DNA of 63,146 nucleotides, counting the filler, from Octopus bimaculoides (lineage: Eukaryota): the NCBI RefSeq assembly GCF_001194135.2. It is 6 parts of 5 records of this genome, joined end to end, with 100 filler letters (N's around TTAATTAATTAA, not from the genome) between each part and the next. Parts side by side here need not be neighbours in the genome. Positions count along the whole stretch, not along the records: positions 49,295 to 56,177 come from NC_068981.1; positions 56,278 to 63,146 come from NC_068995.1; 4 more parts are not named here. The stretch is one strand, 5' to 3'. The translations under genes and the position numbers were made by a program. The first letter of the stretch is position 1. Every line of letters begins with the position of its first letter. Under the pieces are notes generated by a model, which saw only the letters and a list, made by a program, of their open reading frames with translations, was not told where the DNA came from and did not search any database. Of the stretch, positions 55,271 to 63,146 are shown one piece after another.

Positions 55271-55784
55271 AAGGATGCACAAAACAAAATAAATATTTAC
55301 AGTTTTTTCGACTGCCAAAATCGAACGTAGTACAATTTGTTATAAATTTCGATTCTTACCTTGAAATTCTGAAAGGCTGTGATTGTAGTTCCGTACACTT
55401 GACCAGGAAGAAGTTCAAAAACAGGAAATCCAAGTACGTTTTATCAGATATTCTTGAAAAACAAGCGATCAACTATCTGTACATCGCCAACATATTGGAA
55501 CGCTGGTTACCTTTTCATGTGCGACACCTAAATTATATGATCTGTGTGAATTTTGTTCAAAATAAATTGCAATAAACGGCTGTTTGACTGTGATTGCTGA
55601 AACTTCCAGACCTAGGCATGTCATCAACTAAACCTCTAGCTTAAAATCTTGCCTGAAAGTTTCCGCGAATGATGACGTAGCGAGAAGGAAGTTCTTCCAT
55701 TTCTTGCTTTGGACTTGTACTTTTGGTTGGACTATTTTTATAGCAATCAATAAATATGTAAAACTATATCAGTATCAATGCGTG

Positions 55785-55986
55785 TATGTATGTATGCATG
55801 TATGTATGTATGTATGTATGTATGTATGTATGTATGCATGCAAGTATGTATGTATGTATGTATGTATGTATGTATGTATGTATGCATGCATGTATGAATG
55901 TATGTATATATATGCATGCATGCATGCATGCATGTATGTATGTATGTATGTATGTATGTATGTATGTATGTATGTATGTATGTATG
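55785..55986. repeat. (TATG)n microsatellite
   Basis: Direct reading of the sequence. Confidence 0.93.
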
Positions 55987-57203
55987 TGAAGAGATATTTA
56001 CAATAAAATAGCAAAGAAAGTATTAAATATGTATGAAAAGAAAACTAACGAAATACAAAAAAAGGCGAAAGAACGGTGTGTTTAAATGGAAAAAAGATTT
56101 CTGAATTGCTCCCCCCTTTCTCTCTCACTCTCTCCCTTATGTGTGTGTCTGCGCGTATTATATATGTAAATATATATNNNNNNNNNNNNNNNNNNNNNNN
56201 NNNNNNNNNNNNNNNNNNNNNTTAATTAATTAANNNNNNNNNNNNNNNNNNNNNNNNNNNNNNNNNNNNNNNNNNNNGTGTATATTGGAAGGTTCTATGT
56301 AAAAGTTCATTTTATACAAGTTATTAATGTTCTAGTAGCAATAACAGTGATGGTGACAATGATGGTGACAACAACAACAACAACAACAATATGCCAAACT
56401 TTCAAACTTAGCGGTGTAAGATATCCTGTTGCCTCTTCCAACGGCTCTACCATTCGAATTAAATTAATGAATTCAACCGTCTGCAAGTAGTTGGGTTCAG
56501 CATATTATCCTCCATTTTCTAATTGTTACACAAATTTTGGGTAAAACCTCCACTTTTACCCGCTCCCATTGATTGCACCTAGTATAGCACTAGTGTAGCA
56601 ATAATTGGGTACCCTCCCAGCAGTATACTGGATAGATACTATCCCTTAGTGGGTTGAACCCCCAACCCCTAACTCTCTCACGTTATATATATATATATAT
56701 ATATATATTATACACACACACACAAACACATTATAGTATGATGAAACACTCACATATAGTCTGTTACTTGTTTCAGTCATTAGACTGTGACCATGCTGGA
56801 GCACCACCTTAAAGGATTTTATACAAAGAAATCGACCCCAGGATATTTTTTTTTAATGCATTGTACTCATTCTATCAGTCTCTTTTGCCAAACTGCTAAG
56901 TTATGTGGATGTAAACACATCAACATCGGTTGTCAAGTGATGGTGGGGGAGACAACCACACACAACCACACACACACATAAATATATACACATACACTTT
57001 TACTTGTTTCCATCATTTGACTGCCGTCATGCTGGAGCACCATCTTTAGTTGAACAAATGAACCCCAGGATTTATTCTTTGTAAGCCTAGTCTTTTTCCA
57101 TCCGTTTCTTTTTGCCAAACCTCTCTGACAAATGGTTCCTCTTGTAATATTGCCAACACATACACATGCAGACTCATTCATTCTAAAAGTTTACTTAATA
57201 TAC

Positions 57204-57604
57204 ATACAGGCACAGGAGTGGCTGTGTGGTAAGTAGCTTGCTTACCAGCCACGTGGTTCCGGGTTCAGTCCCACTGCATGGCACATTGGGCAAATGTCTT
57301 CTACTATAGCCTCGGGCCGACCAAAGCCTTGTGAGTGAATTTGGTAGATGGAAACTGAAAGAAGCCCGTCGTATGTATATATGTGTGTGCATGTGCGTGT
57401 GTGTCTGTGTGTCGGTGTTTGTCCCCCCAACATCGCTTGACAACCGATGCTGGTGTGTTTACGTCTCCGTAACTTAGTGGTTCAGCAAAATAGACCGACA
57501 GAATAAGTACTAGGCTTACAAAAAATAAGTCCTGGGGTCACTTTGCTCGACTAAAGGCGGTGCTCCAGCATGGCCACAGTCAAATGACCGAAACAAATAA
57601 AAGA
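57204..57604 (+). mobile_element. Full-length ~400-bp tRNA-derived SINE with central (TG)n, family A
   Basis: A-box/B-box-like head (tggctgtgtggtaag; ggttcagtccc) and CORE-like ttgggcaa segment. Further copies at ~6870-7250, 7651-8075, 13401-13737, 29270-29395, 31200-31430, 40066-40350, 43316-44310 and 56760-57120. Confidence 0.8.
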
Positions 57605-57789
57605 ATACATATCCACTTCCTCTTCCTTGTCCTCAGTAAACGTTTGACTGAATTACCTCCCTTAAACTTTAACAACGCAGTTACTTTCTCCTGTATTGGA
57701 TACGACACCTGCAAACAACAGATTTAAAACAGACACACTGTCACCGTGTACATTGTAATAATAATGCCACAACAACAATGGCACCTTAC

Positions 57790-57899
57790 CTTCTTTGTAC
57801 GTATCAAAGTTGGCCACATATTTAACTTTCTTGGCCTGGGGATCATAGACCACAATGTTCATTCCACGACCAGCATGATTCAGCCCTTTCGCCATTAAT
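57790..57899 (-). CDS. Tandem ILEI-domain protein exon, domain 2
   Basis: ttccattccag acceptor, gtaagg donor, 110 bp. (L)LMAKGLNHAGRGMNIVVYDPQAKKVKYVANFDTYKE. The GRGxN...FDT motif is present. Downstream exons were not found. Confidence 0.9.
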
Positions 57900-58262
57900 C
57901 TGGAATGGAAGAGATCAAATTATACATTTACTACACATTGTTTTTACATGTGGTTTTGAATCTTGCATGATGCNNNNNNNNNNNNNNNNNNNNNNNNNNN
58001 NNNNNNNNNNNNNNNNNNNNNNNNNNNNNNNNNNNNNNNNNNNNNNNNNNNNNNNNNNNNNNNNNNNNNNNNNNNNNNNNNNNNNNNNNNNNNNNNNNNN
58101 NNNNNNNNNNNNNNNNNNNNNNNNGGTGGTGGGGGTGGGGGTAGTAGTAGTAGTAGTAGACAAATACATAGATAGATAGATGTGGATGTCAGAGTGACAG
58201 TGAAAAGAAGTGTGTGTGTGTGTGTGTGTGTGCGTGCGTGCAAATGCGTTTATCTCACTTAC

Positions 58263-58446
58263 AATCTTTCATCGGCACATATTTTGGGATAGTCCAGATT
58301 CTCCTTCCCAGTGTAAAGATGCACCGAAAAAGTGTCGTCTGGGCAAACATTTTCCATGCCGCAGTTTGCGATACTCTCTCCATGTAGAATTCTTCCTCCT
58401 GTTAGTATCTCCGTGACAACCGATGAGACTGGCTGGATGGGACCCA
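58263..58446 (-). CDS. Tandem ILEI-domain protein exon, start of domain 2
   Basis: tactttccag acceptor, gtaagt donor, 184 bp. (L)GPIQPVSSVVTEILTGGRILHGESIANCGMENVCPDDTFSVHLYTGKENLDYPKICADER(L). The CG-x4-CP...PKIC pattern is that of FAM3/ILEI. Confidence 0.9.
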
Positions 58447-58669
58447 CTGGAAAGTAAATAAATAAAAGCCAAAAAATAAAGACAAATGATATGAATATAA
58501 ATATATAAGATTCAGGGATCAAGCTGTAGGAAGAAAGTTAGCTTCAAACAATCCATAGTAAGTATAAAAAGACGACTTCCAGGGACAATAGTGGTTTATT
58601 GAGACGAAAGGCTGTGGAATCTTTTCATATCAAAGTACAATAAACTGAAAAATGTTAGAAAATTACTAT

Positions 58670-58950
58670 TTTTAAATCTCACATGAAATATTCACCAACA
58701 GTACTTTGTGGTAAAGATTGTTTGCCAACATAACATGGCAGTCCTGGTTTAGGACGAATGTTGCTGTAATTTAGCCCCAGGAGACATCGTCTCCAGCTGG
58801 CTATACGACATGATCTGTTCCCTTGTTCGAAAATATAAGGACACAGATCGTGTGGTATAGCCAGCTGGAGACGATGTCTCCTGGGGCTAAATTACAGCAA
58901 CATTCGTCCTAAACCAGGACTGCCATGTTATGTTGGCAAACAATCTTTAC
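58670..58950. mobile_element. Fold-back (inverted duplication) of a family H1 segment lacking the ribozyme
   Basis: Perfect 96-bp inverted repeat at 58711-58806 and 58855-58950; the 48-nt spacer is itself partly self-complementary. Confidence 0.8.
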
Positions 58951-59112
58951 TACTGAAAAAAGTTGTTTTTATATTTCACGGTAGATGATCAGGGTTGCCA
59001 GGTGTGTGAATAAGAATACAAGAGTTAACGAATGGAGTCAATAAATTTCACTTACTCCATTTCTGCGTCTTCCACACAGCAATCACTAGATTAGGAACAA
59101 GAGATACACACT

Positions 59113-59274
59113 ACACACACACAAACAATACACACACACAAACAATACACACACACAAACAATACACACACACAAACAATACACACACACAAACAATACA
59201 CACACACAAACAATACACACACACAAACAATACACACACACAAACAATACACACACACAAACAATACACACACA
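59113..59274. repeat. 17-bp minisatellite, ~9.5 copies
   Basis: Unit tacacacacacaaacaa, highly homogeneous. Confidence 0.9.
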
Positions 59275-59345
59275 TATTATGCTATTGATGGATCAAAACA
59301 AGAGACATTGACAGGAAATAGTATTGAAATATCAGTCATACTCAC

Positions 59346-59409
59346 AGGGTATATCAAAGCATCCACTTTTCTCAATGGCACCAGCAAAATTCTTCTTGTT
59401 ACTCTTCAA
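59346..59409 (-). CDS. Tandem ILEI-domain protein exon, inter-domain linker
   Basis: tttcacag acceptor, gtgagt donor, 64 bp. LKSNKKNFAGAIEKSGCFDIP(L). Phase 0 to phase 1, which exactly reconciles the flanking exon phases. Confidence 0.85.
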
Positions 59410-59602
59410 CTGTGAAACGGTCATATATGAATATATAAATAAATATATGCACGTACGTGTACAAACTCATATCCATAGGTGTGTGGGTGTGTGTGTGTAT
59501 GTGTATATATGGATGGATGGATAAGTAGATAGATAGACAGAGAGACATATATATATACATACATACATACATAGAAGGATGGATAGATAAATAGATAGAT
59601 AA

Positions 59603-59637
<35 letters not shown>

Positions 59638-60057
59638 CATACATACATACATACATACATACATACAAAGACAGATAGATAGATAGATACCTATGTATGT
59701 ATGTATGTATGTATGTATGTATGTATGCATGTATATATGCATATGCATGTGTACATAGTTATTTTATTCATGTGTTGAGTCTTGGGACTCATGTGGCCGA
59801 TTACCCAGTTGCCATGGCATCTAGGTGACTCAGATCACAACATGATCCCTGAGTAGGATCCCAGACCATTGCAAAGTTACTCATTTACAGCTGAGCAGAT
59901 AGGAGCAACATGAAATGAAGTGTTTTGTTCAAGAACGCAATGCACTGCCAAGTGCCAAAATTGAAACCACAATCTTGCAATCATGAAAGCAACACCTTAA
60001 CCACTAGGCTATGAACCTTCAAAATCAGAAATAGATTCCAAGGTAAATATCACTTAC

Positions 60058-60184
60058 AAATTCTATAGCATGTCCTGACTTCAAACCACGTTGTCCAATC
60101 ATAATGAAGCTATCACGAAAATTTGCCTTGTCTATTAAGTTGGAGCCATATTTCCTCAGCCAATTCCGACAGTCTTGTCGTAAA
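60058..60184 (-). CDS. Tandem ILEI-domain protein exon, end of domain 1
   Basis: ttttcag acceptor, gtaagt donor, 127 bp. (N)LRQDCRNWLRKYGSNLIDKANFRDSFIMIGQRGLKSGHAIEF, containing the ILEI FRD...G motif. Phase 2 to phase 0. Confidence 0.9.
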
Positions 60185-60621
60185 CTGAAAATGGAAAAAA
60201 AAAAAACGAGGAATAAGTCTAAATGTGCAAAAAAGGAAGCTGGGCTGGTACAGAGACGTGGCAAATGCAAATGACAACAGCTGGGTGAGAGAAGAGTCTG
60301 ATGATCCAAGAGAAGGCGTCAGTGGAAGACGAAGTTCAAGAAAGGCATAAGAAGAAAGATTCTATGATGTTAGACCTCTCTAACGAAGTAACAAGGAACA
60401 GTAAAAAGTGCTAAAATGGACCGGTCCAGGCCATAGTCAACATGAAGAAATAGGTGTAGTGTGATGATAAGGACAAAATGATGATGACAAGGACAAATGA
60501 TTAAAGACATATTGGAATTTTGGTTGGTGGGTGTGCTTTCAAAAACTACGAAAATCAAAAACTAAAAGAACATTAGATATATTTCAAGAATTAGATAAAA
60601 AATCAAAAAATGTAAGCTTAC

Positions 60622-60706
60622 TTGCTTGTCATTTCATCATGGCTGGCGAATATTACAATTGTCTCATCTGGTAAGGTTCGTTTCAGGTAACGGATTAATG
60701 AATAAT
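60622..60706 (-). CDS. Tandem ILEI-domain protein exon, domain 1
   Basis: tgttccag acceptor, gtaagc donor, 85 bp. (D)YSLIRYLKRTLPDETIVIFASHDEMTS(N). Phase 1 to phase 2. Confidence 0.88.
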
Positions 60707-60734
60707 CTGGAACATAATAAATATATAATTTCAT

Positions 60735-60772
<38 letters not shown>

Positions 60773-60775
<3 letters not shown>

Positions 60776-61158
60776 TGTTAAATCTCTGAACGAGGTATTA
60801 ACAGTAATTGCACGACAAGGTGAAGTATATTTGCCACTCAAATGCGGCTGACCCCTAAGGGTGGATGTTACTGTTGCTTTTAGCCCCAGGAGAACATCTC
60901 CTCCAGCTGGCTATTGACACACATCTGTGTCCTGTCTGTATTTGCAAAGGGAAGTCATTCTTCCCATCTTGATCTGCGATACGTACGGACTCGAGTTTCT
61001 GGGTATTTATCCGTCCTCAGCGTACGACAATCGCCGACCTTTGATACGAAAAATGTCCCGATGCAAATACATATATCCTTTTTCCAGTGAAATTATTCAC
61101 TGATCTTGAAAAAGTGAAAACAAGCAATGTTAAATCTCTGAACGAGGTATTAACAGTA
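60773..61158 (-). mobile_element. Family H1 copy as a 352-bp monomer plus a 32-bp terminal direct repeat
   Basis: atgttaaatctctgaacgaggtattaacagta occurs at 60775-60806 and 61127-61158. Contains the hammerhead. Lies in the 487-bp intron 60707-61193. Confidence 0.72.
60982..61026 (-). ncRNA. Type-I hammerhead ribozyme motif, same family as 5-49
   Basis: Stem I CGUACG/CGUACG; canonical core CUGAGGA; weakened stem II CGGA-UAAAUA-CCCA; GAA; palindromic stem III ACUCGAGU; GUC cleavage triplet. Confidence 0.78.
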
Positions 61159-61193
61159 GAATGGCTTACTTGAAGAATTCAAGAAACACTTAC

Positions 61194-61244
61194 CTTCATT
61201 GTAAGTATCAAAATATCGGATCCCTGTTACAGCTTTTGTTTTGC
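61194..61244 (-). CDS. Tandem ILEI-domain protein exon, domain 1
   Basis: tattttcag acceptor, gtaagt donor, 51 bp. (G)KTKAVTGIRYFDTYNE(D), containing the ILEI FDT motif. Phase 1 to phase 1. Confidence 0.87.
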
Positions 61245-61784
61245 CTGAAAATATATAAACAGTTGATTTTCAGTTCAATTTGGCCAGTCATCTATGACAA
61301 AAAACATTAATTCCTGTGAGAGAGACAAGAGTTATTGGTCTAGAAAGAATTAACTAACCATTCACACAAACCTTGTCATTAACCCTCTAGAATTTAAATA
61401 GTCCACATGTTTTATGTCCTAACAAGCTAGATCTAGCTTCTCACACCTACCCTACAATGTCATTCTAAAAATAAACAACCACATCACTGAAATCTCAAAG
61501 CTAGGAGATAATGCATGATTAACTTTATAGCATTTAAATCAGCCTAGGAGATAATGCATGATTAACTTTATAGCATCTAAATCAGCCTAATATTTTACCT
61601 GTTTTTTTTTTTCTTTTTGGTTCAGACTGGCCAGATCCAGCGTCTCACACCTACCCTACAATGTCATTCTAAAACTAAACAATCACCTCATCTGAATCTC
61701 AACATTACCTGAGGATGCATGATTAATTCAAAACAATGTGAATAAATAGGGATCACACTTGACAGAGTAATCCGAATGCTACAA

Positions 61785-61982
61785 GTAGTAGTAGTAGCAG
61801 TAGTCGTAGTAATGGTGGTGGTGGTTGTAGTAGTAGTAGTAGTAGTAGTAGTAGTAATGGCATTGGTCGTGGTGGTGGTGGTGGCAGTAGTAATAGTAGT
61901 AGTAGTAGCAATGGCGGTAGTAGTAGTAGTAGTAGTAGCAATGGCGGTAGTAGTAGTAGTAGTAATGGTGGTAGTGGTGGTG

Positions 61983-62026
<44 letters not shown>
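61785..62026. repeat. (GTA)n/(GTG)n trinucleotide microsatellite
   Basis: Direct reading of the sequence. Confidence 0.93.
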
Positions 62027-62027
<1 letters not shown>

Positions 62028-62821
62028 AAAAAAGACAGAGAAATGGAGCAGCTGCTATCAAGCAACCAGGGTGTTGTCAGTGGTGTGTGACTGTTTGAGA
62101 GTGAGTGGTTCCAGGTGAGCGGATCCTTCAACTAAAAGGAAGACAGTGTAGGGTGCTGTCAAAGTTCAGTCTGCCTAAAATAAAAAGCTGGGATGAACAG
62201 GGATGGAATTTCCCCTAAACTGGGTCAGGCACGGGGTTAAATAGTAACAACAGCACAAAAGCAGATCATATCTTATCATCCAATGAAAAAAAGGGCATAT
62301 TTGGATAATGTAGTCCAGAGTTGTATAGAAAGGGTGGATGGTCATGTTTGGAATGCATTTGACCATAGGTCTTATCCAATCGGGAATGCCAACAGCAAAC
62401 ATAAAGTTGATGGTTACAGAACCAATAAGTCTAGAGGAACAATAATGATGATGATACTTATGATGATGAGGGGACAATGGTTGTAACAAAACCCCCAATA
62501 AGGGGTACGTTAGGTTAATTTATATTTATGAAATACAGTTGCTTTGAATTTGCTGCAGAAAATTGTATGAGTTTGTGGTGGTGAGTGGGGGGGGAGCACT
62601 AGGGATGTAGTCTGGGAGCCCAAGGGGGGCAGCAGCCGGGAAAAGTTTGGGAACCACTAGATTAGAGAAATCGTTAGAGGAACCATTAGAAACAACAGAT
62701 GAAAAATGCCTTGTGGTATTTAATTATGTCCCTTTGCATTCAGCGATCAATTCCTGATGTAGTGGACAGACACTATTAACGTGAAAAAAACAAAAAAAAA
62801 CAAGGAGTAGAATGATCTTAC

Positions 62822-62880
62822 CATTTATAAAGAGTCCGTTGATACCACGGTGAGCATTCTTCAGTTTGGCACTGATGTAC
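62822..62880 (-). CDS. Tandem ILEI/PANDER-domain protein (POMGNT1-like or FAM3-like), first visible exon, domain 1
   Basis: ttccttgtag acceptor, gtaaga donor, 59 bp. xYISAKLKNAHRGINGLFIN(G). Phase 2 to phase 1. Confidence 0.85.
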
Positions 62881-62988
62881 CTACAAGGAATGGTAAAAAA
62901 AAAGAAAGAACAATAAACGAATACAAGTACTAAAGGGTGATAACACCAACTCAAGGGGAGATAATTCTTGCATCAATTTATAAACGAA

Positions 62989-63146
62989 CAGGATAGGGCA
63001 GTGGATCCCAGCTATTCCACTACCAAGGGCCTCTTTTATTTAAATGAGTTTTCCCATTGACCCCAGGATAGGGCAGTGGATCCCAGCTATTCCACTACCA
63101 AGGGCCTCTTTTATTTAAATGAGTTTTCCCATTGACCCCAGGATAA
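62989..63146. repeat. 75-bp tandem repeat, 2.1 copies, truncated by the window end
   Basis: The unit caggatagggcagtggatccc...cattgaccc starts at 62989, 63064 and 63139. Confidence 0.9.

Noticed and set aside
55340-55575. 120-aa plus-strand ORF and a strong minus-strand donor at 55339
   Set aside because: The ORF begins inside a dispersed repeat and has no recognisable motif. The donor lacks a supportable coding frame and could only be a UTR exon, which is untestable here.
59113-59274. Regular 17-bp array as CRISPR-like or coding repeat
   Set aside because: There are no unique spacers; it is a CA-derived minisatellite in a eukaryotic intron.
57790-60706. Apparent scrambled exon order: the FDTYKE exon fits in phase with the upstream DYSL exon
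   Set aside because: A 64-bp linker exon and two further upstream exons show a collinear two-domain protein, and 58125-63146 is gap-free.

Overview
Repeat-rich, gap-ridden animal genomic DNA. The SINE, LINE and microsatellite content looks cephalopod (Octopus-like); this is inferred, not proven. Two partial, intron-rich genes lie on the minus strand. (1) Five phase-consistent exons (22468 to 6337) encode the end of the coiled-coil region, PDZ1 and most of PDZ2 of a Discs large 5 (DLG5) orthologue. (2) Seven phase-consistent exons (62880 to 57790) encode two tandem ILEI/PANDER (FAM3-like) domains, as in POMGNT1-like or FAM3-like proteins. The rest is transposon debris: a Penelope-like RT, RTE and R4/Dong-like LINEs, a Ty3/Gypsy remnant, Tc1/mariner derivatives, MITEs and several SINE families. 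The most notable unannotated signal is three type-I hammerhead ribozyme motifs with palindromic stem III (5-49 +, 34936-34981 -, 60982-61026 -) in short non-coding repeats. Two of them belong to one family and show compensatory stem changes; one of these sits in a 352-bp 1.1-mer on the sense strand of an intron. Two ~240-bp fold-back hairpins derive from these ribozyme-bearing families. Together this suggests Penelope pseudo-LTR or retrozyme-like non-autonomous retroelements. Most long ORFs in the supplied track are artefacts of N-runs and microsatellites.
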